Shown piece after piece: positions 15,275 to 27,974 of a DNA stretch of 64,000 nt. Every line of letters begins with the position of its first letter. Position 1 is the first letter of the stretch. The notes beneath the pieces are model-generated. The model had not been told where the DNA came from, did no database searches, and saw only the letters and a program-made list of their open reading frames with translations. A program made the position numbers and the translations under genes. This DNA is from the human T2T-CHM13v2.0 reference genome, Homo sapiens, in assembly GCF_009914755.1 (NCBI RefSeq), contig NC_060935.1. The stretch is one strand, 5' to 3'.

Positions 15275-16239
15275 GGTAAAACTGTCTTTACCACACAATG
15301 AGATGATCTCTAAAAAATAGTTCAAATAGTCTACAAAAAAAAAAACTACTAGAATAAACGAGATTAATCAAGATACAGGATATAAGGCCAATTTTTTAAA
15401 AACTGTATTTCTATGTACTAGCAATAAAAAATTGGAAATAAAATTTTTTAAATACTACTTTAAAAATCAAGCATAAATTTAAGAAAATTTCTGTAAAATC
15501 TGTACACTGACAACTAGGAAACATTGCTGAGAAAAAGAAAGCCTCAATAAATAGAGAGATGTAACACATTCATGGATCAGAATATTCAATATTGTTAAGA
15601 TGCTAATTCTCCCCAAAATCGTCTATAGAGTCAATGCATACATAATCAAAAGACCAGTAGACTGGGTTTTGTTAGTTTTTTAGAAATTGGCAATCTAATT
15701 CTAAAGGAAATACAAAGACTTAGAATAAGGAGAAGACAGTTGGAAGCCTTGTACTACTTAATTTCAAGACTTACTGTAAAGCCACAGTAATCATGTCAGT
15801 GTGGTATCGGGGTGAGGATAGACATATAGATCGATGAAATAGAAGAGTCCAGAAATATACCCAACATATATGGTCAACTGATTTTTGACAAAGGTACCAA
15901 GGTAATTCAATGGGAAAGGAAAGTCTTTTTAACAAACTGTGGTGGACAATTTGACATTTACATACAAAAAGAAAAGGAAAGAAAAAAGAACCTCAACATA
16001 GATCTTACACCTTATACAAAAGTTAACTTGAAATGAATCATAGACCTACATGTAAGAGCTAAAACTCTAAACTTCTAGAAGAGGAAAAAAACTTTGACCA
16101 CCTTCAGTTAGGCTAAGAAGTCTTTGGACACAAATCCAAATACTAGAGCTCAAGACCACCTTTAAAATTTGACCAAGGTGTGTTTTAGGCAAATAAAAGG
16201 AGGCGCTTCATTATACAGCTGAATCCAATTCCTTTACCA

Positions 16240-16560
16240 TCCTCTCTGCTCTCTCCTGGAACACCCTCCTTGTTCCCCAACCAAACCTTTGCCATAACCA
16301 GCTCCTACTTATCATCCTGTCTCAGCTTCAGTGTCACTTCCTCCAGGGAGCCTTTCCTGACCCCCTAAACTGGGTTAAGTGCCCCTCTTTCAACTCCTGT
16401 CACTTCCTGGACTTTGCACATAACCCTCTCTATTGCAGGGACCTGTATCACCCTCCAGACTGGAAGCCCCACAAAGAACTGGGACAGTGTTTGACCTGTT
16501 CTCATTCTTATTCCCCGTGCCTGACAAGTGGTGGATGCTCAGTATATTTTATTAGATAAA
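16240..16560 (+). mobile_element. L2 3' fragment
   Basis: GTCACTTCCTCCAGGGAGCCTTTCCTGACCCC...GCTCAGTATATTT. Confidence 0.75.
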
Positions 16561-16619
16561 CAATTGTATAATCACATCCATCACTTCTTATTACCATTAG
16601 GACCAGCCTGAGAGAAAGA

Positions 16620-16730
16620 CAGGGCAGAATTATTATTCTGTTTTTCAGCTGAAGAATCCAAGACCCAGAGAGGTACAGTGATTTGCCCAAGGTCACACAG
16701 CTGGCAAGAACTATCCTACTCCTTGCCAGG
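16620..16730 (-). mobile_element. MIR
   Basis: CAGAGAGGTACAGTGATTTGCCCAAGGTCACACAGC core. Confidence 0.8.
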
Positions 16731-16887
16731 TGCTTCTCCTCCTTGGTACGTTGCACTGCCTCTCAAGCATGGCACCCCAAACTGCCCCCCAGGCATATAA
16801 GAGTGTTGGAATGGACACCCGGCTTCTCAACCTCCCGCCTCTCCATCTCCTTGTCTCCTGGCTTCCCTCTCCTTAGCAGTGAGACCT

Positions 16888-17075
16888 GGTAGTGTAATGG
16901 GTAAGAACAGACATAATGGGTTTGAATTATACTCTAACCACCCACTAGCTGTGTGACCTTGGGCAAGATACTTAACTTCTCTGGATCAACTGTAAAATGG
17001 AGGTAAAGTAGTGCATACCTCAGAGGGTTATAGAGTAAGGACTCGGCACAATATCTGGCACATATGAGCTCTGGT
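16888..17075 (+). mobile_element. MIR
   Basis: CTAGCTGTGTGACCTTGGGCAAG...CTGTAAAATGG core. Confidence 0.8.
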
Positions 17076-18227
17076 TATCTGCTTTTTACTATTTCTCTAA
17101 CATATTCTATCTTGATGTCTCTATTCCTCACTGTCTTTCTTTTCTACCCTCTGTTGGTCTGTCTATTGGCCTATCTCCCAAACCAGCTGCAGTCCCCTTC
17201 CACACGCTGGGCCACGCCTGGGAGACTCAGACACTTCTGAGATCTCCATGTGTATCTCATCCTGGATCCAGAAGAGATCTTGTTCCAGGAATGGAGCTAC
17301 GGTTAAAAAATAAAATAAAATAAAATAAACCACACACACACGCACACACTACACCACCCCCACATGCATGCACATCTTCCTCACCTGTCACAGGCCAGCC
17401 TGTGAGGGACCTGTGTGGTCCAGGGGCAGTTGGAAAAAAGGCTTGAGAGGTTGTGGGGGTGGAAGGGTTAAGGCTGAGTGGTGGGGACAGCCGGTTGGGG
17501 GGTGGGGGTCTCTGGCTGAGAAGAAAACAGGTGGACGGGATTGGCCCCGTCCTCGGGGAGAAGTGGAAGCCAAAGCTGAGCCACCTGCCCATTTCCCAAG
17601 GGTCGGATTACCCAACAGCAGGTGCTTATGAGACCCTCCCATGCCTGATAGAGTGGAAGGCACAGGGCATGCACACCCCACCTCCACCTCTAGGTCTTAT
17701 AGATGGAGGGTCATCGGGCCCCTGGAGAGGCCACACTGAGGGGAAGGCATCGTGACCTCAGCATCCTGGGCCAGTGGTAAGAACCAGGACTGGCCTCAGA
17801 AGACCTAGGTTTGGGTGAATGCACAGCCATGTACTGGTCATATGACCCTGGGGAAATCGTATCATCGCTCTGAACCTCAGTCTCCTCATCTGCAAAATGT
17901 AACAATAGATGCTCTGCTGCGTGGCTGTGAAAATTTTATTTAGAAAGAGCAGGTAAGAAAGCACTTGCTAAACTACCTGGTGCTCTGTGGTGTCCTTGGG
18001 TCATTATTGGCACAGGCTGGATGGCGCCCACAGTGACCCCTCATCATCCTGCCCCACTGTCACAGAGCACCCATTATCAATGGTGACACCAGGAAGACAG
18101 ACAGACACTCCAGTGCAGTCTGGCAACATCATCCAGCTGAGCCCCTCATCATCCTGCTATGTGACCACGGGCCCTTCCACCTCTGGGCCAGTTTCTTCCC
18201 TACACCAAGGGGGATGGGCCACCGTGT

Positions 18228-18330
18228 GGAATTTCAGGAATTCCTGAAATTCCTGTTAGCTTCATGTTGGTAGCTTGAACTCAGCCATGGTAGAGGTATT
18301 TACACCTCAGAAATCAGCAAACATTACAGA
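18228..18330. mobile_element. MER63-like hAT DNA transposon fragment
   Basis: GTTGGTAGCTTGAACTCAGCCATGGTAGAGGTATTTACACC..AAATCAGCAAACATTACA resembles MER63. Confidence 0.6.
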
Positions 18331-18511
18331 CCAGGGTACCACTGTTTAGGCTGACATCCCAAATCTCCTCCTCCCAGTGTCTGGCCAGGAACAGAGCAGC
18401 TGGTCCAAGCAGATTGCCTCAAGTGCTCAGCATCCGGCTGCCTTCCAGGGACTCTCCCCTGATAAATATGGATGCACACCTGGCCAGCAGCAGGCCTGAA
18501 CCCCTTGCCCC

Positions 18512-18620
18512 CACACACACACATACAAGCGTGCACACACACACTCTCATACTCACACTCTCATACACTAACACACACACACTCTCTCATACACTCACAT
18601 GCACATACACCCACACACTC
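18512..18620. repeat. Imperfect (CA)n/(CACT)n simple repeat
   Basis: Direct inspection. Confidence 0.85.
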
Positions 18621-19321
18621 CTACCTGGTGGATCCCTGGGCATGGGCAGGGGCAGGAGGGAGGCAGCCCCTGCTCTTGTCAATCACAGGAACAAGGCTCC
18701 ACCCACCTGGCCTGGGTATTCCATGAGGTCTTTTGTCTCCGGTGCTCCTGCCCCTCCTCTTCTCCACCCACCATAGGGTGGAGGACGGGAGCTTGCCCAG
18801 ACTCCAGCAGGCCACCTGCTTTGTAACTGAGGGCACCACCATGCAGACCCCACTCTCTCTCCTCAGGACTGCCCCTCCACAGACCGCCACGTGGTGCAGG
18901 AGTGATACCCAGGCAGTGCCACCCAGTTAGACTAGGAGGTGCCTAGTGCCCCTGCAGCAGGGTCACGTGACACTTTGACCCTTCACCCTCCCAATACTTA
19001 GAAGGCAAATCAGTCCGGGAGGCCCAAGTGAGGAGATAGAGTGGTGAGGGAGGGTTTCTCTGAGAGAGAGGGAAGCTGGGCCAAGTCCCTGCCCACCCTT
19101 CTACGCTGACCCCCAGCAGTGTCTTTTGCGGGTTGTTTGCATTGCTCTTTTCTGAACTAAGCACTCAGGCACTCTCCTGCTCCCTGCAATGGGTTGAATT
19201 GTGTCCTCTAAAATTGCTGCACAGAAGTCCCAACCCCCAGCACCTCAGGAATGTGGTCTCAGATCTTACTGGAGACAGATCCTTGATTACAGAGGTAACC
19301 AAATCAAAATCAGGTCATTAA

Positions 19322-19610
19322 GGCTGGGCGCAGTGGCTCATGCGTGTAATCCCAGCACTTTGGGAGGCCAAGGTAAGTGGATTACTTAAGCCCAGGAGTT
19401 CAAGATCAGTCTGAGCAAGAAGGCAAAACCCCATCTTTACAAAAAAAAAAAAAAAATTAGCCAAGTATGGTGGCACATGCCTGTAGTCTGTAGTCCCAGC
19501 TACTTGGGAGGCCGAGGTGGGAAGTGGGGGCTGTAGTGAGTCGTGACTGCACCACTGCATTCCAGCCAGAGTGACAGCAAGATGCTGTCTTAAGAACAAA
19601 ACAAAACAAA
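19322..19610 (+). mobile_element. AluJ-like
   Basis: Diverged Alu with (AAAAC)n tail. Confidence 0.9.
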
Positions 19611-19735
19611 AATCCGGTTATTAAAACTCAGGTCATGAGTTAAAAAGGTTGTTAGGGTGAGCCCTAATCCAACATGACTGGCGTCCTTATAGAAAGGGGA
19701 AATGTGGACACAGAGATATGCCCCAAGGGAAGAGC

Positions 19736-19961
19736 ATCCACAGCCAAGCAGAGGGGCCTGGGGAAGAAGACAGCCATCCACAGCCAAGCAGAGAGGCCTG
19801 GGGAAGAAGACAGCCATCCACAGCCAAGCAGAGAGGCCTGGGGAAGAAGACAGCCATCCACAGCCAAGCAGAGGGGCCTGGGGAAGAAGACAGCCATCCA
19901 CAGCCAAGCAGAGAGGCCTGGGGAAGAAGACAGCCATCCACAGCCAAGCAGAGGCGCCTGG
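19736..19961. repeat. 40-bp minisatellite, ~5.6 copies
   Basis: Unit CATCCACAGCCAAGCAGAG(G/A)GGCCTGGGGAAGAAGACAGC; CAGCCAAGCA recurs at 19741, 19781, 19821, 19861, 19901 and 19941. Confidence 0.97.
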
Positions 19962-20179
19962 ACCCGATCCTCCCCTCACTACCCAGAGAAGACACTAACT
20001 CTGCCTTGATTCCGAAATCTTGGATTCTAGCCTCCAGAACGATGAGGCCGTGCATTTCTGTTGTTTAAGCCACCCCGTGCGGAGGGGTCTGTTATAGCAG
20101 CCTTGCAAACGAACTCATCCCCACTCTCTGAAAGGGCAGGTGAGAGAAACCGCCTGTGGGTATCTCAGCTTCACAACCT

Positions 20180-20350
20180 TCGGAAGCATACACATTGCTG
20201 CATCTGATCCCCAGGCCACATGACCCTTAGGCGCAACAGGTGCCATTCATCCCCTTTGACAGATGAGGACACTGAGGCCCAGGGGGCAGGGTGCTTACCA
20301 AGAGGCTCTCCAGAGTCAACAACTAAGCCAGGACCAGAACCAAGGCCCCC
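20180..20350 (-). mobile_element. MIR
   Basis: CCCCTTTGACAGATGAGGACACTGAGGCCCAG. Confidence 0.7.
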
Positions 20351-20945
20351 TTATGAATGACCCAATGGGCTTGCCTACACCAAGCCAAATGTCTCCTCCT
20401 GAATGTGTACAGAATTCTGTGAGCCCACAGTGAGAAGACACTGGGACATCTCCCTCCACCAGAGGAAAACTTCCAGGCAAAGGTCCTGAACCCTGGATGC
20501 TCCGTGAATCACCCAGAGAGCTTCGAATCAGTCCAGCACCTGGGCCCCACCCCAGACCAAGTGAATAAGCACCTCTGGGGGTGGGGCTCAGGCACTGGTC
20601 TTTTCTACAGCGCCCAGATGATACTAATGTGTAGCTGGGGAGGACAGCCGGAGCTAGAGGACTCCCTGGTGCCAGCATCCTAGCAGCCTGAGTGTCCCCA
20701 CTCAGTTGCAGAGGGGCCTGGGGTGCCCAGCAGGCAATCACACCTCAGGAAATATGAGACATAAATGAAGGTGCAAATTGGCAGTCATTCATTTTTGTAT
20801 TAAGGCCTAGAAAATATCAGGGTTGAAGCAAGTTTTTCTAATTTCTTCATGGCCGGGGCTGGTGGGTGGGGGAAGTATCTTTAAAATGCTAATGGAAGAG
20901 AAAATAGTGTTTTTCTTTAAATTTGGGCCTTTACTCTTTCATCTT

Positions 20946-21604
<659 letters not shown>

Positions 21605-21659
21605 ATCTTAATCAAATGTGATTGCTTATCAGGAAAACTAAAAAGCTACACTGGAATCC

Positions 21660-21875
21660 TTACTATATGGCAGGCATGTGCTAAATGACCCTTGTGTTTT
21701 ATGCCTATGCCTATGTGGTTATGCCTAGGCATCATAACCCACATTTTACAGTGGGAGCAACCAAGCCTTAGAGATGTTATTTGACCTGCCCAAGGTTACC
21801 CAGCCACTAGGCAGTGAAGCTGGAATCCCACCCAGGCAGTCTACGTTACACCAAAGGCTGTGCCTTTGACCACCC
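21660..21875 (-). mobile_element. MIR
   Basis: CACATTTTACAG...TGACCTGCCCAAGGTTACCCAGC. Confidence 0.7.
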
Positions 21876-21936
21876 ACCACAGGGTCCTCTACATTCATAA
21901 CCTATTTTTGTAAAAGGGACTAAAATAAGAATTGTC

Positions 21937-22255
21937 ACCAGGCACAGTGGCTCACACCTGTAATCCCAGTGCTATGGGGAGGCTAAGGTGGGAGGATTGC
22001 TTGAGCCCAGGAGTTCAAGACCAGCCTGGGTAACATAGCAAAACCCCATCTCTACAAGGGAAAAAAAAAACAGCAAAAACGTAAACAAAATTAGCTGGGT
22101 GTGGTTGCACGTGCCTGTAGTCCCAGCTACTTGGGAGGCTGAGGCAGGAGGATGGCTTGAACCCAGGAGTTCCAGGTTGTAGTGTGCTATAATCGCGCTG
22201 CTGCACTCCAGCCTGAATGACAGAGCAAGACCCTGTATCTAAAAGAAGAAGAAAA
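21937..22255 (+). mobile_element. AluJ
   Basis: Diverged Alu dimer. Confidence 0.9.
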
Positions 22256-24900
22256 GTATTGTAGATATTAAATGTTTAAATAATGCCTTTTTTCCAGGGC
22301 TCCCAGATTTCCAGAGATTTTTCATCCCTAACTTGGAACTGAAGAGCTCAGGCATTAATAGGAAGCAGAACAGGCACCCTCATTCCCAGCACAAAGAACG
22401 CCAACGTGGACACCAGCACCAGCACCCCGCACCCCGATCTCTTCCCTGCCTAGGCCCACCGTCGCTGGAAGGAGAGAAACACGGGCCTGGACTCCCCTCT
22501 AGTGGCCATGAAGCTAACTGCACCAGACACCTCCACACCCACCCAGGCCAGCCAGGTGCCCGGGGCCTGAGCCCCAGGTGAAGTGGGAACCTACGCCCAA
22601 TGGGCACACACACCCACTGAGATGGCAGCAGGCCCCTAGGCTTGGAGACTTTATCCAGGTACTGGAATTGAGGGGACTGAAAGCTGCGGCCCCAAAAGAC
22701 CAAACCATACCTGACTCCATCTCATCCTTTTCACCTCATCTGCCTCCCATCCATCCCCCCAGCTGAAGGGAGCATTAGAAGTCAGGAGGAAGCTGACCCC
22801 AAGAAGCAGGATTCTGGCCCTGGGACAATAACCAGAACTCTGAATGAATGTCCAGAACACTTCCCCACACTTGGCCTGTGGCCTCCCTCCAAGGCTCTCC
22901 CCCACTCCTCTCCATCCTGCACGCCCCAGCACTCTGCCTCTCCAGGAAGCCTTCACTGAGCCCTCCCTCCACACCATGGTGCTCAGTCCACAGTCTCTCC
23001 CTTCCCTGATCTCCTGCCAGGAGTACCAAGGTCACCTCTCAGCGCCCAGCACACCTTTCAAGACCATCGGTTCTCCCCTCCCCAGCCGTCCCCCCAGTGA
23101 ACCGGAGCCTCTGAAGGCAGGGATTGCACCATAAATATCTCTGGTGCCCACCCCCTCAGAGTGTCGCCCAGGCCAGGACACCAGAACCTGCTCAACTGGC
23201 TGCAGCAAGTCCACCTGAGGACTCAGCCTTGGAGGCCAGAGCAACGCCGGCCCAGCAAGGCTGCCTCTCTTCTCCCAGCACTGCTGTTTGATCCAAGGCA
23301 CCGTGAGGGTCCAGGCAGGTGGCCCAAGGGAGGGAAGGGAAGGTTCCCAGGAATGCACAGCCTGAGCTGGAGACAGGGGAGAGCTAACAGGGCTGGTAGA
23401 AATGACCCATCAGCAGTCGCTGTGACGGCACGAAAACTCCTGCTGCGGGAGCAGCCTCTCAGGGCACAGCAGCTGAAGTCTCTCTGGTGGAAGGTCCCGC
23501 CTGAAAGAGCAGGGGGACAGGCCCATCAGCCCTGAGGAGCAGCCACCCCCGGCCCAGCCCCAGACCAGGCAGCAGGGACCTCCCTTCCTCTGAGGTCCCC
23601 ACCTCAGAATCAGGCTGATGGGGTGCTGCCCTCCCAGCTGGTCTGAGGGCACCTCGGCATGAAGCCCTCCCCCTGCTCCCCTCCTGGCTCCCATCTCCAA
23701 GGCCTGAATGCATTCGCATCTTCCGGCTCTCAGGAGCAATTCCAACTGCCCCATTTATATTCCTAAGTAGAGGACTTGTTAATATGGAGCCTGCCTCTGG
23801 GGAAGTGGGAATGTGCTGGGTGAGAGATGACAAATCACAGCCCAACAGCCTGGCTGAGAGCACTGATACTCACCTACATCTCATTCATCAGCCCCTGACC
23901 CTCCTACCACATAGGCCAAGGGGGCAGCCCTGGAGGAGCCACTGTGGGCTCCAAGAAGCACAGGCATTGGTGGGTGGTGGCAGGGGGATCTGTCCTGCCA
24001 GGAGGCTGGGGGAGGGCCCAGCAGCAAGGGGGAGCCCAGTAAGTGGATATGGGTGAGGCCCAAACCAGAGCAATCCCTGGAACAAAACTTCCACTCCTGG
24101 CTCCAGTGAGAGAGCGAAAGGCCCAGAACACCATCAGTTTCATCTTGAGCCACACCAGTCCCTGCCTGGAGAAGTATTTGGTCAGTCTAGTGGGCCAAAG
24201 CAGGGCCAGGGTGGTTCCTGTTCTGGCTCCAGCCTGGAACCACATGCACACACGCATGCACACACATGCACACACACACACACTCACGGCCCAACCCAGA
24301 TGCAGGGCAGGGCACGCAGCCAGCCTGGCCAGGTGCTACCTTGGTGAGCTCAGTGCCCAGTCCCAGGTAGGGCGGGTGTGCAGCGTGAGTAATGGCAGGC
24401 GAGGAATGCACCCGAATCCTGATAAGGGAGAATAATAACTTGTCAAAGATATATATGATGTGTGTTTGTTTTCCCAACGGAATATCTATGGGGCTAATTC
24501 ATCAAGCCAGCGGGCTGGCTGGAGACCCAGGGAGGGAGGGAGGAGAGAGGAGGTGCACACAACGGGGCAGCCACTCAGGCAGTTGCTGTGGCCCTCCGGC
24601 CTCCAAGGGACCCACAGGCGGGAACACCAGGGCCCTGGAAGGCACTGAAATGGGCCCTGCCCAGCAGGGCTCCCCGCCTCTCAGTGCTCCTCCAGGGAAC
24701 TTTTGGGTCTGGAATTCACAGGAGGCTTCTCACCTGTTTAGGAATTTCACTGTTCTCTTGTGTGCTCCTTCTCTCATCCACTCTTCCTTCCTTCCTGCTG
24801 CACCGTCTGTGCAAAGCCCACCCGGTTTGAGAAGCCGAAAGGTGATCAGAAAACACCACCCCTTCTGGAGAGGTCAGCAGAAGCTGCTCTTCAGGCAGAA

Positions 24901-25110
24901 CAGAGCCAAGAAGGCAGCTCCTACCTCAGCCATCTTCTTCTCATCTATGCCCTGCCAAGAGTGCAGCTCCAAGAGGGCAGATCCAAGAGGGCAGCTCCTA
25001 CCTGGGCCATCTTCTCCTCATCTATGCCCCACCAAGAGGGCAGCTCCAAGAGGGCAGAGCCAAGAGGGCAACTCCTACCTGGGCTATCTTCTCCTCATCT
25101 ATGCCCCCCT
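24901..25110. repeat. 77-bp tandem repeat (~2.7 copies) built from 14-bp CCAAGAGGGCAGCT subunits
   Basis: CCAAG unit starts at 24906, 24983 and 25060. Confidence 0.9.
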
Positions 25111-25809
25111 ATGCTCCCCCACCATCTCCCTCCCCCCACACTCCCATACCCCAATCCTCCTAGGCAGAATGGGAGAGAGAAAGAAAGAAGGCAGGAGGGC
25201 CCATTCGCCTTGCCCGGGTCATTTCAAAGATGCTGAAGGCAGAAAACCCTCCTGGAAACACAGAGTGCCTGCAGGAGGCTCCACCTGCCACAGATGTGCA
25301 GAGGGGCGGGGCCCACCCCCTCACACCCACCCCCTCACCCCCTCACCCCCTCACCAGAGAAGACTCCTCATCTGTCTCTGCCTTAGTGATCACCCATGGG
25401 ATGAGGGCTTCCTTTCTAACCCCTTCTCTGCCTTGCAATAAGAAACCTTGAGTTCGTGTGCACCCTCCCGGCAGGAGTTCGGCCTGTCCCTCAGCCCCTG
25501 CATCCCAAGCCCCCAGCTAGCCTGGGTACAGCCAGGGACCAGTCCCCAGAAGGGGAACCCCAAAATCATGGTCTTGAAGGAAGGGTCCCCAATAAGCCTC
25601 CTCAGGAGCCACCTCCAGACCCTGCCCTCATGCTTCCCGTCCTGCAGGCCGGGATGGGCATCTTCCCAGCTGCACCCTCACCCCCAGGGCCTCGGTGTGG
25701 CATCTGACTCACAGAACCATCACCCAGCTCTGTGTTCCACCACACACCACTGACAGTGACTCCCTCACCTGGGTTGGCTCCAAGTTGGCATTCAGCATCC
25801 TCCTGTACC

Positions 25810-25925
25810 CATTCATTCAACAAAGGATGGAGCCCCTAGTATGCACCAAGCTCATTCTTGGCACTGGGGACATGCCTATGAAGACAACAGATGAGGAGCC
25901 CTGCCGCTGTGGAGCTGATATTGTT
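25810..25925 (-). mobile_element. L2 3' end
   Basis: CATTCATTCAACAAA...GGCACTGGGGACATG...TGGAGCTGA. Confidence 0.7.
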
Positions 25926-26204
25926 AGAATGCTGAAATACTTCCACGCCGATTGCTAAACACCTATCCCACCCAGCACTTCTCGCCCCTACCTCCCCACG
26001 GCCCAGCACCTAAAGGTGAACCCCTGTCACAGCTCAGGGGGCTTCTAGGACCCTGCCCAGCTCCATGCCTGGTGTCCATCCTGATGAGCCAGCGCTGGCG
26101 CCACAGTGCTGTTAAAGATTTTGACTCTCACCCCTGGATGGCATATCGGTAGCCCATCCTGCAGGAATTAAATGAGAGCTTCTCTGTGCAACAGTCAGCA
26201 TTGG

Positions 26205-26790
26205 CTTCCTCCCTTCCTTTCCTCCTTCCTGCCCTCTTCCCCTCCTCCCTTCCTTTCCTCCTTCTTTCTCTCCTTCCTTCACTCCCTCTTCCCCTCCTTC
26301 CTTCTCTCCTTCCATCCTTGTCTTTTCCATTCCTTTCTTCTTTGCTTCCTTCCCTCCCTCTTTCTCTACCTCTTTCTCTCCTTCTTTCCTTCTTTCCCTC
26401 TTTCTTTTCTTTCTGCTTTCCCTCTCTCCTTCTTTCCCTTCTACCTTCATTCTTTCCCCCTTCTCTTCCTCCTTCCCTCCTTCCCCTCCTCCCTTCCCTC
26501 CTTCTCTCCTTCTTTCCTTGCCTTCTTCCCTTCCTTCTTTCTCTCCCTCCTTCCCTCCTTCTCTTCCTCCTTCTCTCCATTCTTCCCTTCCTCCCTTCCT
26601 CCTTCTCTCCTTTCTTCCCTTCCTCCCTTCCTTCTTTCTCTCTCCTTCCCTTCCTCCCTTCTTTCTCTCTCTCCTTCCCTCCTTCTTTCCCTGCTTCCCT
26701 TCCTCCCTTCCTCCCTTCCATCCTCTTCCTCCCCTCCCTCCTTATCTCCCTCCTTCTTTATTTCCCTTCCTCCCTTCCCTCCTTCCTTCT
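26205..26790. repeat. ~590-bp polypyrimidine/polypurine (CCTT/CTT/CT) tract
   Basis: Almost exclusively C/T on the + strand. Confidence 0.97.
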
Positions 26791-27749
26791 TGTTTGAGGC
26801 CCAGGGTCTCCCTCTTAGCTACCTTACCCTCTCCAGACCTTCAGCTCTGGGCACAGATCTGAGAGACCACCTGTCAGTGCCCACAGTCTCCCTCCCTCCC
26901 ACACAGAGCCATCTCCCGGATCCTGAGGGCCAGGAAATATGGAGAGCAGGCTCCAAGAGTGCCAACTTATCCCCCACCTCCCCGCCCTCTCCACTGCTCC
27001 CTAATGGACACTGATAGCCCATTCCCCTCTCTGCCTCCTCTGTCCCTCTTCCCAACACTCTTGGTTGGCTGCCCTGTCCATGGAGGGCAGGCCCCAGGGC
27101 TGGAGGAGGCTGCAGGGCGCTGGCCTAGCCCCTCCCAGGGTATGAGGAAGGGGAGAGGAAAAAGGGGGTGTGCCCCCTGCCAGTGTAGCCTAAAGCTGGA
27201 GAGCAATTAACTTGGCATTTTCAAACAAGGGCAGAGGAAGCGGGAGCCACAGGACTGAGTCAGCACATCAGAGAGGCGGTCGCCAAGCTGGCTCAGCTCA
27301 TTAACAGGACAGGGCTGAGCCAACGAGAAACAAGGTCAGAGAGAAGGGGTGGGAGACCCAGATGAGATGGGCTGGGGGAGGACGAGTCAGGAAGGCAGCA
27401 GCAGGCCCCGCACCATCCCCGCCCTGCAGCCAGCCTGGATTCCATCCTGACTGCCCACTGCCCAAGATCCGCCCTCACCCTCCACGCCCCCACACAACCT
27501 CTGCCCCCACCCACCAATCGGCACACATTTCCCAAGCACCTGCTTCAGGACTGGAGTAAACCCCTCCAGGACTTGACCTTCCAGGAAGATGTGGGCCAAA
27601 GCCCTGGGGCCTAAGAAAGAGCACAGGGCTAGAGAGGATGGAGGCAGATGAGGGCCAGGAGACTTCATGGAGGAGGTGGTCTTTCAGTAGCTACATTTAA
27701 AGTAAGGTTGCATATCCTGCCTTTTTCCTAAAAGGAAACAAAGCAGCTG

Positions 27750-27972
27750 AATCCTGCTATGTGCTGAGTACCTTACCAGGTGCTGGAGGCACGACCCACA
27801 TGGCCTATGATCCTTACCTCATCAGCCTGCAAGGTTCTCTCACTTGTAGAGGAGGTGAGAGGCACAGAGAGGCTGAGTGGGAGGTAGGGAGGTAAGTGAC
27901 TCACTCAAACCCATATAGCTAGAAAAGGGCGGGGCTGGGATTTACACCTGGGTCCGTCTGACTCCGAAGCCT
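27750..27972 (-). mobile_element. MIR
   Basis: GAGGCACAGAGAGG...AAGTGAC...GGGATTTACACCTGGGTCCGTCTGACTCC. Confidence 0.65.
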
Positions 27973-27974
27973 AT

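Larger units (their letters stand above)
14040..16130 (+). mobile_element. Degraded L1M ORF2 fragments (EN part, then RT/C-terminal part)
   Basis: AATGTGTGTGCACCTAA (NIYAPN-like), ATCATCTCAATAGATACAGAAAAATCATTTGA (IISIDAEK-like), TTTTTGACAAAGGTACCAAG. Confidence 0.85.
19186..20115 (+). mobile_element. MLT1B-like LTR interrupted by an Alu and containing a VNTR
   Basis: GGGTTGAATTGTGTCC...CCCTAATCCAACATGACTGGCGTCCTTATAG...TAGCCTCCAGAAC...TTTAAGCCACCC...GTTATAGCAGCC. Confidence 0.85.

Noticed and set aside
18037-18157. 16-bp direct repeat CCCCTCATCATCCTGC, 105 bp apart
   Set aside because: Too short and isolated to interpret; flanking similarity is weak.
19736-19961. CRISPR-like array
   Set aside because: Contiguous tandem units with no unique spacers, inside a mammalian LTR, and no cas genes.
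24392-25441. 349-aa ORF as a novel gene
   Set aside because: P/S/G/R-rich with no recognisable domain, and it runs through a 77-bp (non-triplet) tandem repeat. Chance ORF in GC-rich DNA unless Ribo-seq or PhyloCSF shows otherwise.
26112-27014. 280/203/197-aa S/P/F/L- or E/G/R/K-rich ORFs
   Set aside because: Translations of the polypyrimidine tract.
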